A DNA stretch of 11,491 bases from Candidatus Sericytochromatia bacterium. GTDB taxonomy: Bacteria > Cyanobacteriota > Sericytochromatia > S15B-MN24 > JAQBPE01. Below are positions 1 through 7,728 of the stretch, piece after piece (position 1 is the stretch's first letter; each line of letters opens with the position of its first letter). Made by a program: the position numbers and the translations under genes. A model generated the notes under the pieces. It saw only the letters and a list, made by a program, of their open reading frames with translations. It did not search any database and was not told the DNA's origin. Location of the stretch: positions 1-11,491 of the forward strand of contig JAYKHR010000028.1 of the NCBI GenBank assembly GCA_035285125.1. The letters are read 5' to 3'.

Positions 1-995
1 TCGACATCTACCGACGCACCAACGGCTCTGCCCGGAGCGTGTGGGACCTGGCCGTGCTGGTGGCCTTCTTTCCCCACCTCATCGCGGGCCCCATCCTGAA
101 GCCGCGGGAGTTTCTCCCACAGCTGGCAGAGCCGATCGTCATCCGCTGGCGAAACCTCGAGGCAGGCATCCAGATATTTCTCACGGGCCTGGTCAAGAAG
201 GTCCTGATCGCAGACAACCTCGCCCCCTTCGTGGACGCGGTGTACGCGGCCCCGCAGGACCACGCCTCCACCACGGTGTGGCTGGCCGTGCTCGCCTACG
301 CCGTGCAGATCTTCTGTGACTTCTCGGGCTACACCGACATGGCGATCGGCTCGGCGCGCTGCCTGGGCTTCCGGATCCCGCAGAACTTCGACCTCCCCTA
401 CCTCTCCCGGAGCATCACGGAGTTCTGGCGTCGCTGGCACATCTCGCTCTCGACGTGGCTGCGCGACTACCTGTACATCTCGCTGGGCGGCAACCGCAAA
501 GGCCCCGTGCGCCAGCACGTCAACCTCTTCCTCACGATGCTGCTCGGCGGCCTCTGGCACGGGGCGAGCTGGAACTTCGTGCTCTGGGGGGGGCTGCACG
601 GCACGGCCCTCGCGGTGCACAAGCTCTACGCGGGCCGCCTGAAGCGCCCCGAGTGGGAGGCCCTGCCCCTGTACCAGGTCGCCGCCTGGGGGCTCACGTT
701 CACGTTCGTCAGCCTGGCCTGGGTCTGCTTCCGCTCGGCCGACTTCGGCACCACGCTGCAGGTCTTCAGCAAGCTGGCCTTTCAGGACCCCGGCGGCATC
801 CGCTGGGTGCCCCCGGCCCTGGTGGCGGCCGCCGTGATCGTTCCCCTGGCCCACCTCGTTGGCCGCACCCGGGACGAGCTCAGCTACTTCAAGCTCGACA
901 CGTTCCCGGGGCTCTTCGCCCTGTTCTTCACGATCCTGCTCGTGCTGGGCTACATGCCGACCCGGTCGAGCCCGTTTATTTATTTTCAGTTCTGA
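1..995 (+). CDS. algI: MBOAT family O-acyltransferase, AlgI/PatA/DltB-like (5' truncated by window edge)
   Basis: Frame is open from position 3 (DIYRRTNGSARSVWDL...), so the true start is upstream of the window. MBOAT motifs: FFPHLIAGPI, QIFCDFSGYTDMAIG, NFDLPYLSRSITEFWRRWHISLSTWLRDYLYISLGGNR, GLWHGASWNFVLWG (catalytic His). C-terminal FIYFQF is typical of AlgI/PatA. TGA at 993-995. Confidence 0.92.
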   Translation, partial: DIYRRTNGSARSVWDLAVLVAFFPHLIAGPILKPREFLPQLAEPIVIRWRNLEAGIQIFLTGLVKKVLIADNLAPFVDAVYAAPQDHASTTVWLAVLAYAVQIFCDFSGYTDMAIGSARCLGFRIPQNFDLPYLSRSITEFWRRWHISLSTWLRDYLYISLGGNRKGPVRQHVNLFLTMLLGGLWHGASWNFVLWGGLHGTALAVHKLYAGRLKRPEWEALPLYQVAAWGLTFTFVSLAWVCFRSADFGTTLQVFSKLAFQDPGGIRWVPPALVAAAVIVPLAHLVGRTRDELSYFKLDTFPGLFALFFTILLVLGYMPTRSSPFIYFQF

Positions 996-996
996 A

Positions 997-1051
997 GGCA
1001 TCGGGTGGGCCTGCGCCTCCCGGCCCGGGGGCCGCGGGCCCACCCGATGCC
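997..1051. repeat. Long GC-rich inverted repeat/hairpin directly after the MBOAT stop
   Basis: GGCATCGGGTGGGCC (997-1011) is the exact reverse complement of GGCCCACCCGATGCC (1037-1051). Pairing extends inward with G-U pairs and one bulge to a 6-nt loop (1021-1026). No U-tract follows. Confidence 0.85.
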
Positions 1052-1054
1052 CCG

Positions 1055-1063
1055 TGCTAAGAT
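1055..1063 (+). promoter_or_regulatory. Candidate extended -10 promoter element (TGnTAAGAT)
   Basis: TG-C-TAAGAT at 1055-1063, immediately after the hairpin and about 30 nt upstream of AGGAGG (1094-1099) and an in-frame TTG (1104). Confidence 0.4.
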
Positions 1064-1103
1064 GGCATCCGCGACGGCGCCCGACAGGCGCCCAGGAGGG
1101 CCA

Positions 1104-2459
1104 TTGCAACCGGGCAAGCAGGCAAGGGTGTTGGTGTTGTGGGACGCGGTGCGCCACACGGCGGCGACCGTCAGCGCGCACGTGGAGGCCCTGCGGGCGC
1201 ACTCCAGCCACGACGTGCAGGTGCTCTCGCTCTTCGGCTCCCTCCCGGACGCCTTGGCGCTGGACCGCTTCGACGCCGTGGTGATCCACTACTCCCTGAA
1301 CCTGTGCGTCGAGGGCTACCTGTGCGAGCGCAGCCGGGCCCGCCTGGCGGCGTTCAAAGGCGTGAAGGCGGTGTTCATCCAGGACGAGTACCGCCTCGTG
1401 GACCGGACGATCGCCGCCCTGCAAGCCATCGGCTGCGACCTGCTGTTCACATGCGTGCCCGAGGAGGAGTGGGAGAAGGTGTACCCCACGGCCCGCCTGC
1501 CCCGGATGGCCAAGGTGAACGTGCTCACGGGCTACGTGGACGAGGCCCTGCTGGGCCGGAAGGTGCCGCCGCTCGACCAGCGCCCGATCGACATCGGCTA
1601 CCGCGCACGCAAGGTGCCGGCCTGGCTCGGTGATCTCGGGCAGGAGAAGTACAACATCGGGGTGCGCGTGGCGGAAGATGCCCGCCCCCACGGGCTGAAG
1701 GTCGACCTGGCCTACCGCGAGGAGGAGCGCCTCTACGGCGAGGCCTGGATCGCCTTCATGACGCGCTGCAAGGCCACGCTCGGGGTCGAGAGCGGCGCGA
1801 GCGTGTTCGACTTCACCGGGGAGATCCAGGCCGCCGTGGACCAGGCCGTGGCGGCAGACCCGGGCCTGCCCTACGAGGAGCTCAAGCGCCGGCACTTCGC
1901 GCAAGCAGAGGGCCTCATCCGGCTCAACCAGATCTCCCCCCGCTGCTTCGAGGCGGCGGCCCTGCGCACGCTGATGGTGCTGTACGAGGGGGAGTACTCG
2001 GGCCGGCTGGAGCCCTGGCGCCACTACGTCCCCCTGAAGAAGGACCACAGCAACTTCGGCGAGGTCGTGACGGTGCTGCGAGACCCTGCACGGGCCGCTG
2101 CGATCGTGCAGCAGGCCTACGACGAGGTCGCGTGCGCCCCCCGCAACTCGTTCCGGGCAGCGGCGGCGGAGTTCGACGAGGCCGTGGCGGCGGCCCTGCG
2201 CGCCAAGGGCGAGCCCCCGGTGGCCAACCCCTATGGCCCGCCCGAGATGGCCGCCGTGCAGGCCGCCGCAGACCAGGCCAACCGCCGCAGGTTACGCCAG
2301 CGCGAGGTCTTCACGGGGCTGTACTTCTTCCTGTTCGGCCGGCTGCTCGGCTTCCTGCCCGAGCCCACCCGAGACAAACTTGCCCGCCAGCTCCACCACG
2401 CGCTGCAGCCGCTCGTGAGGGTGGCCCAGCGTGTCTTCCGCCGGCTGCGGGGCAGGTGA
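1104..2459 (+). CDS. Putative glycosyltransferase, CgeB/YkvP-like (Glyco_trans_1_2-type C-terminal domain), about 451 aa
   Basis: Long ORF with G/C-rich third positions. Contains RPIDIGYR, ISPRCFEAAALRTLMVL, LEPWRHYV, resembling the 'R.FEA.A....L.....PG.HY' GT-B C-terminal signature. Start uncertain: TTG 1104 has AGGAGG 4 nt upstream; ATGs at 1047 and 1062 are alternatives. The ORF-track start (1005) lies inside the hairpin. Confidence 0.65.
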   Translation: MQPGKQARVLVLWDAVRHTAATVSAHVEALRAHSSHDVQVLSLFGSLPDALALDRFDAVVIHYSLNLCVEGYLCERSRARLAAFKGVKAVFIQDEYRLVDRTIAALQAIGCDLLFTCVPEEEWEKVYPTARLPRMAKVNVLTGYVDEALLGRKVPPLDQRPIDIGYRARKVPAWLGDLGQEKYNIGVRVAEDARPHGLKVDLAYREEERLYGEAWIAFMTRCKATLGVESGASVFDFTGEIQAAVDQAVAADPGLPYEELKRRHFAQAEGLIRLNQISPRCFEAAALRTLMVLYEGEYSGRLEPWRHYVPLKKDHSNFGEVVTVLRDPARAAAIVQQAYDEVACAPRNSFRAAAAEFDEAVAAALRAKGEPPVANPYGPPEMAAVQAAADQANRRRLRQREVFTGLYFFLFGRLLGFLPEPTRDKLARQLHHALQPLVRVAQRVFRRLRGR

Positions 2460-2466
2460 CGCAGCC

Positions 2467-3651
2467 GTGACGGCGGTCCTGCTCCTGTACGCCCAGTACA
2501 ACGTCCGTGCCAGCTACTACGACGACTGGGTGGAGGCCTTCCGCAGCCACCCGGGCCTCGCGACGCGGGAGCTCAACGTGTGCGATCCGCTGGCCCCCCT
2601 CAAGGTCCGCCGGCTGCTGCGCGGGGCAGACCTCGTGGTGCTGCTGCACTCCGTCAACGCGGACCACACCTTCTACCTCTCCCCCCTGGCGGCGGCCCTG
2701 CGCAACCGCCCGTGCCCGCTGGTCAGCTTCGTCGGCAACGAGCTGAGCCTGCCCGGGTGCCTGGTCACCGACCGGCGGGCGGTGCTCGCCGCCCTGGAGC
2801 CAGACCACATCGCCACGCAGCTCCTGCTGGAGGCCGGCCTCCACCTCTGGGGGGATCTGCCCCGCCGGGGGGTGCTGGCGGTGCCCCACGCGCTGAACCC
2901 GACGGCCTTCCAGCCTGGCTGCGCCGTGAAGGGCCGCCCCATCGGGCTCGGGACGCGCTCCTACCGCTACCCGGCCACCCTGGGCGACCAGGATCGCAAC
3001 GCGCTGCTGGACTACTTCACGGCCGAAGGGCCGCGCCGCGGCTTCAAGACCGACATCTCCGACCAGCGGCTCGACCGCGCGCAGTGGGCCAGCTTCCTGG
3101 CAGCCACGCGCTGCGCCGTCTCGTCGGAGGCCGGCACCTGGTTCCTCTCCCCCAGCGACGAGCACCTGCGCGCCCTGCAGGCGCTGGCGGGCGCCCCCCT
3201 GAGCCCCGGGCCAGACCGGGCCTGGGCCAGGCGGCTGGTGCACGTGATGCCCTGGCGCCTGCGCCAGGTGGCCGTGGGCCTCGCCCAGCGCGGGCTGGTC
3301 TCCTACGCGCCCCTGCGGTTCGCCGAGGGGCTCGACGAGGCCGCGATCGCGGCCTACTTCGCGCAGGCCGCTCGCCCCCCGGTGTACGGCAAGTGCATCT
3401 CCTCCCGGCACTTCGACGCGATCGGGACGCGCACGCCCCAGCTGCTCCTCGAGGGCCGCTACAACGACATCCTGACCCCGGGCCACCACTACCTCGCCCT
3501 GCGGGCGGACCACGCCAACGTCGAGGAGGTCTGGGAGACGCTGCGCGACGCCGCCGCCCTGCAGCGCCTGGCGGACGCGGCCCTCGCGCACGTCCTCGAC
3601 GCGCACACCTACCGGCACCGGGTGGCGGAGCTGCTGGCTCAGGTACTCTGA
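2467..3651 (+). CDS. Putative glycosyltransferase, CgeB/YkvP-like, paralogue of the upstream gene, about 394 aa
   Basis: In-frame GTG at 2467, 7 nt after the upstream TGA, preceded by GCAGGTG. Motifs ISSRHFDAIGTRTPQLL, LTPGHHYL and terminal HTYRHRVAELL ('HTY.HR' is typical of CgeB/YkvP-like GTs). Confidence 0.72.
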   Translation: MTAVLLLYAQYNVRASYYDDWVEAFRSHPGLATRELNVCDPLAPLKVRRLLRGADLVVLLHSVNADHTFYLSPLAAALRNRPCPLVSFVGNELSLPGCLVTDRRAVLAALEPDHIATQLLLEAGLHLWGDLPRRGVLAVPHALNPTAFQPGCAVKGRPIGLGTRSYRYPATLGDQDRNALLDYFTAEGPRRGFKTDISDQRLDRAQWASFLAATRCAVSSEAGTWFLSPSDEHLRALQALAGAPLSPGPDRAWARRLVHVMPWRLRQVAVGLAQRGLVSYAPLRFAEGLDEAAIAAYFAQAARPPVYGKCISSRHFDAIGTRTPQLLLEGRYNDILTPGHHYLALRADHANVEEVWETLRDAAALQRLADAALAHVLDAHTYRHRVAELLAQVL

Positions 3652-4730
3652 GCCGCCTCCAGCATCGCACGCGCGATCTGCTCCCCCGCCGTGCCGTCGC
3701 CGTAGGGCCGATGGCCATCCTGGCCGACGCGCTCCCCCGCCCGTGCGGCGATGCGCGCCGGGAGGCGATCAGCCAGGTCGTCCGTCAGCAGCTCGTTGGC
3801 CCCACAGGCGACCAGCTCCACCCACTCCGTCTCCGGGCGCAGGGTGATGCAGGGCACGCCGTGGAAGTAGGCCTCCTTCTGGACCCCGCCGCTGTCCGTG
3901 ACGATGACGGCCGCGTGTTGCTCCAGGCGCACCATGTCGAGGTACCCCACCGGCTCCAGCGACCGGACCGTGGGCGGCAGCGCAAGCCCGAACGCCGCCA
4001 GGCGCTGCCGGGTGCGAGGGTGAAGGGGCCAGACCACGGGCAGCGGCGAGCGCCCCAGCGCCTCCACGAGCTCGCGCAGCCGCCTCGCGTCGTCGGCGTT
4101 CTCCTGCCGGTGCAAGGTGGCCAGGACGTAGCCGCCTGCCTCCAGCCCGTGGTCGGCCAGGATGGTGCTCTCGCGCTCGGCCTTGGCCGCGTAGTGCAGG
4201 GCCCCGTCGTACATGACGTCGCCGACCAGCCGCACGCCCGGGCCCGCGATGCCCTCCTTGGCCAGGTTCTCCACCGCCACGCGCGTCGGCGCGAAGAGCT
4301 GGTCGGCCAGGTGGTCCGTCAGCACGCGGTTCTGCTCCTCGGGCATCCGCCTGTTGTAAGACCGCAGGCCCGCCTCGACGTGTGCGACGGGGATGTGCAG
4401 CTTGGCGGCAGCCAGGGCGCCAGCGATCGTGCTGTCGGTGTCGCCATACACCAGCACCCGGTCCGGCCGCTCCGCGAGCATCACGGCCTCGAGCCGCTCG
4501 AGCATGCGGCCCGTGTTCTGGCCGTGGGTCCCCCCGCCCACCCCGAGGTGGTGGTCCGGCGCCGCGAGGTCGAGCTCCGTGAAGAAGACCTCCGACATGT
4601 TGGGGTCGTAGTGCTGGCCGGTGTGCACCAGCACCTCGCGCACAGAGGCCTCCAGCCGTGCGAGCGCGCGCGAGACGACGGCGGCCTTGATGAACTGAGG
4701 ACGGGCCCCGACGACCGTGAGGAGCTTCAC
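3639..4730 (-). CDS. wbpI: Non-hydrolysing UDP-GlcNAc 2-epimerase family, WbpI/WlbD-type (probable UDP-2,3-diacetamido-2,3-dideoxy-D-glucuronate 2-epimerase)
   Basis: MKLLTVVGARPQFIKA, HTGQHYD, VYGDT, HVEAGLRS, MPEEQNRVLTDH, LATLHRQEN, TDSGGVQKEAY, TLRPETEWVELV. The GARPQFIK N-terminus and GGTHGQNTGRML match my recollection of P. aeruginosa WbpI rather than E. coli WecB (GTRPEAIK). GTG start overlaps the wbmF stop (GTGA). Confidence 0.88.
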   Translation of the reverse strand: MKLLTVVGARPQFIKAAVVSRALARLEASVREVLVHTGQHYDPNMSEVFFTELDLAAPDHHLGVGGGTHGQNTGRMLERLEAVMLAERPDRVLVYGDTDSTIAGALAAAKLHIPVAHVEAGLRSYNRRMPEEQNRVLTDHLADQLFAPTRVAVENLAKEGIAGPGVRLVGDVMYDGALHYAAKAERESTILADHGLEAGGYVLATLHRQENADDARRLRELVEALGRSPLPVVWPLHPRTRQRLAAFGLALPPTVRSLEPVGYLDMVRLEQHAAVIVTDSGGVQKEAYFHGVPCITLRPETEWVELVACGANELLTDDLADRLPARIAARAGERVGQDGHRPYGDGTAGEQIARAMLEAAQST

Positions 4731-5800
4731 GCGGGGGCCCCTGCCGGCAGGCTGGGCGCCTGCGCCTGGGCCATGAAGTGGTCGTGCTGGGCCATGCAGC
4801 GGCGGATCAGGGGCTCGTGCGCGCGCGTCCAGGCCACGGTCCGGGCCAGCCCCTCCTGGATCGGCACGGCCACCCCGAAGCCCAGCTCGCGGCGGGCCTT
4901 CTCCGTGGAGGCAAAGCGCTTGCCGGAGCGGTCCCAGTCCCGGGCAGGCCGGAGCTCGACAGGCGTGGGGTTGCCCGTGAGGGCGTTGATGGCCTCCGCC
5001 AGGTCCCGGATGGTGGTCTCCACGCCGGAGGCCAGGTTGTAGACCTCACCGGGCTGGCCCTCGCGGGCGCAGGCGATCAGGCCACGGGCCATGTCCTCCA
5101 CGAAGATGAAGTCCCGGCTGGCGTTGCCCTGGTTCTCGAGGGGCAGGGCCTCGTGCTGCAACGACTTCCAGATGAAGGTCGGGATCACGTTGCGCCACAC
5201 GGTGTGGGGCGTGCCGCGCCAGCGGCCGGCGCCGAGGATCTCCCACGGGCCATAGACGTTCTGGAAGCGCGCCTTCACGAAGGGCAGCCCGTGGCGCTGG
5301 AAGTAGTAGTTGCCGTACATCTCCCCGATCAGCTTGGAGATCGAGTAGGGGCTGTCGTGGTACAGCGAGACCGGGGCGTCCTCGAGCGTGGGCCGGGCGT
5401 CGTCGAAGGTCTTCTCCGCCACGGCGCAGCCCGCCGCGGCATACACCACCTTCCGGAGCGAGCGGCAGCCCTTGAGGTGCTCGAAGAGCCGCAGCGAGGT
5501 GTAGGTGTTGTTGGCGTGGTCGGCCAGGGGGTCGGCGATGGACGACTGGTTGCCGTGGTAGCAGGCCAGGTGGAAGACGTAGGCGAGGTCCTCCGGCAGC
5601 TGCCGCAGCACGCGCTCGTCCGCGATGGAGCCGTACACCACGCGGACGCGCGGATCCTCAGGCACGCTGGCCATGTCGGACGACAGCAGGTTGTCCACGA
5701 TCCAGAGCTCAGCCGGGGCCTGCGTGGCCAGCAGCGCCCTGCAGAGGTTGCTGCCCACGAAGCCGGCGCCGCCGACGACCAGGACCTTGGTGTGCTGCAT
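4727..5800 (-). CDS. wbmF: Extended SDR nucleotide-sugar epimerase, WbmF-like, 357 aa
   Basis: ATG at 5800 with AAGGAG 6 nt upstream (5807-5812). GGAGFVG, HLACYHGNQSSIADPLADH, VVYAAAGC, YSISK, RFQNVYGPWEILGAGRWRGTPHTVWRNV, RDWDRSGKRF are distinctive strings I recognise from Bordetella WbmF. Confidence 0.88.
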   Translation of the reverse strand: MQHTKVLVVGGAGFVGSNLCRALLATQAPAELWIVDNLLSSDMASVPEDPRVRVVYGSIADERVLRQLPEDLAYVFHLACYHGNQSSIADPLADHANNTYTSLRLFEHLKGCRSLRKVVYAAAGCAVAEKTFDDARPTLEDAPVSLYHDSPYSISKLIGEMYGNYYFQRHGLPFVKARFQNVYGPWEILGAGRWRGTPHTVWRNVIPTFIWKSLQHEALPLENQGNASRDFIFVEDMARGLIACAREGQPGEVYNLASGVETTIRDLAEAINALTGNPTPVELRPARDWDRSGKRFASTEKARRELGFGVAVPIQEGLARTVAWTRAHEPLIRRCMAQHDHFMAQAQAPSLPAGAPA

Positions 5801-5811
5801 CGATCGCTCCT

Positions 5812-6744
5812 TCAGGACGTCACAGGGGGCGCGAGGTGGCTGTAGATGGCCGAGACGCCGTGCTGGTCGTACCACGCCAGCTGGCGCGCGATGGTCGCCT
5901 CGAAGCCGTGGCGCGCCCGCCAGCCGAAGGCCCGCTCCGTCTCGGCAGGGTCGAGCACGACGGCGGGGACGTCGTCCGCCCCCACGGGCACGATCGGCAC
6001 CTCGGGAGGCGTGAGGCCCAGGTAGCGGGCGACCGCGTCGAAGACGTCCTTGATGGAGCGGCCCTCGCCCGTCGAGACGTTGAACACCCCTTCAGGGGCG
6101 TCGTCCTGCATCGCCAGGTCCACGAGGCTCAGGAAGTCCGCCATGTCGAGGAAGTCCCGGACGCTGTCGGAGCAGAAGCAGCCCTGCCCCGCCTTCAGGC
6201 GCTTGTAGAACGTCGGGATCGGGCCGATGGCAAGCCGGGGGCCGCAGACGTTGGCAAGGCGGAGCGACACCATCGGCACGCCGGCCTGGCGCATGTACGC
6301 CTCGCCGGCCACCTTCGAGATGGCGTAACTGGTGAAGGGCGCCTCGGGGTGGGTGACGGGGATGGGCACCTCGCTCGGCCGCCCGTAGCACAGCGCCGTC
6401 TGGAAGTTGACCAGGCGCCGCACCCCGTGGGCGCGGGCGGCCTGCGCGACGACGATGGAGCCGAGCACGTTGGTCGTCGCATCCTCGGCCCAGGCCGTCG
6501 GGTCCTTGTACGCCGCGGCGCTGTGGACCACGTGCGTGGGGCGGAAGCGCTCGAAGCACGCCTCGACCAGGGCGGCGTCCGCCACGCTGCCCGGCTGGAC
6601 CGTCAGGCCCGGCACGTCGGGGAGCACCTCGCGGCTGCCCGTCGCGAAGTTGTCGATCACGAGGACCTCGTGGCCCCTGGGGATCCAGTGCTCCACGAGG
6701 TTCGAGCCCAGGCAGCCGGCCCCGCCCGTCAGGAGGATTCTCAT
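5812..6744 (-). CDS. wbmG: Extended SDR nucleotide-sugar oxidoreductase, WbmG-like
   Basis: MRILLTGGAGCLGSNLVEHW, HSAAAYKDP, NFQTALCYGRP, YAISK, LRLANVCGPRLAIGPIPTFYKRLKAGQ, recognised from Bordetella WbmG. Confidence 0.88.
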   Translation of the reverse strand: MRILLTGGAGCLGSNLVEHWIPRGHEVLVIDNFATGSREVLPDVPGLTVQPGSVADAALVEACFERFRPTHVVHSAAAYKDPTAWAEDATTNVLGSIVVAQAARAHGVRRLVNFQTALCYGRPSEVPIPVTHPEAPFTSYAISKVAGEAYMRQAGVPMVSLRLANVCGPRLAIGPIPTFYKRLKAGQGCFCSDSVRDFLDMADFLSLVDLAMQDDAPEGVFNVSTGEGRSIKDVFDAVARYLGLTPPEVPIVPVGADDVPAVVLDPAETERAFGWRARHGFEATIARQLAWYDQHGVSAIYSHLAPPVTS

Positions 6745-6755
6745 GGCCTGCCGCC

Positions 6756-7694
6756 TCAGCGCGCCACGGTGTGGCGCAGGTGCGTGTACTCGCCCAAGGT
6801 GCCGTGCTCCCTGTAGTAGGCGATGGCGGCTGCCACCGTCTGCTCGATGGGCGTGAAGGCGATGGGCCCGAAGTCGGCGAAGGTGCGCGAGGGGTCGAGC
6901 AGAATGGAGTACACGTCGTCGGGGCCTAGGTCGCGCACCTCCGCCTCGGGCGCCGGGTCGAGCGCCATGGCCGCCACCACGGCGTCGTAGAGGGCCGAGA
7001 TGTCGACGTCCGTGCCCGACGAGAAGTGGTAGGCGCCGTGGCCGACGCCGTCACAGGCCCGCAGCACCACACGCGCCAGGTCCTCGACGAACACGAAGTC
7101 TCGCCGGGAGCGGGTGACGAAGCACCGCTTGCCCTCCTTGAGGCGCTGGTAGAAGATCGGCAGCGGCCCCGCCACGTTGCGCGGCCCGACGACGTTGGCG
7201 AGCCGGAACGTCACGTAGTCGAGGCCCGACAGCTCGAGGTACAGCTCGTTGGTGGTCTTCGAGATGGCGTAGCTGCTGCCCCCAGGGTTGCGCGGGTGGT
7301 TGAGCGTGATGGGCTGCTCCTGCGGCTTGAGGCCGTAGCACAGGGCCGTCTGGAAGTAGACGAAGCGCTTCACGCCGTGGCGCCTGGCGGCATCGACGAC
7401 GTTCGCGCCGCCGACGCAGTTCGTCGTCGTGTCGCTGAGCCAGTCGTCCGGGTCCTTGTAGGACGCGGCGGCATGCACCACGGCCTCGGGGGCGAACTCC
7501 TCGAAGAGCCGGTCGACCAGCGCGCGGTCCGCGATGGTGTCCACCACGACGCGCAGCCGCGGGTGGTCGGCGAGGTGCTCGCGTCGGCCCGTGGCGAGGT
7601 TGTCGATGACGAGCACCTCGTCCCCGCGCTCCAGCATCATCTCGGCCACATGCGAGCCGATCTGCCCCAGGCCCCCCGTGATCAACGCCTTCAC
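6756..7694 (-). CDS. wbmH: Extended SDR nucleotide-sugar oxidoreductase, WbmH-like
   Basis: GTG start with purine-rich GAGAGGGGGA upstream. TGGLGQIGSH, AASYKDPDDW, YFQTALCYG, SSYAISK, FRLANVVGPRN, DGVGHGAYHFSSGTDV, recognised from Bordetella WbmH. Confidence 0.88.
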   Translation of the reverse strand: MKALITGGLGQIGSHVAEMMLERGDEVLVIDNLATGRREHLADHPRLRVVVDTIADRALVDRLFEEFAPEAVVHAAASYKDPDDWLSDTTTNCVGGANVVDAARRHGVKRFVYFQTALCYGLKPQEQPITLNHPRNPGGSSYAISKTTNELYLELSGLDYVTFRLANVVGPRNVAGPLPIFYQRLKEGKRCFVTRSRRDFVFVEDLARVVLRACDGVGHGAYHFSSGTDVDISALYDAVVAAMALDPAPEAEVRDLGPDDVYSILLDPSRTFADFGPIAFTPIEQTVAAAIAYYREHGTLGEYTHLRHTVAR

Positions 7695-7728
7695 CGTGTC
7701 CCCCTCTCTGGTCGGAGACCTAATGGTG

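Noticed and set aside
2311..3618. 435-aa minus-strand ORF
   Set aside because: Antisense shadow of the second glycosyltransferase.
4425..4448. GDTDST instead of the more familiar GDTNST in the 2-epimerase
   Set aside because: A single conservative change; significance cannot be judged without an alignment.
2580..5042. 820-aa plus-strand ORF
   Set aside because: Arg/Pro/Gly-rich off-frame reading of GT2 joined to the antisense of the epimerase; no family features.
5801..5875. Longer N-terminus for the WbmF-like gene (start 5875)
   Set aside because: Overlaps wbmG; ATG 5800 has a well-spaced AAGGAG and lies just before the Rossmann motif.
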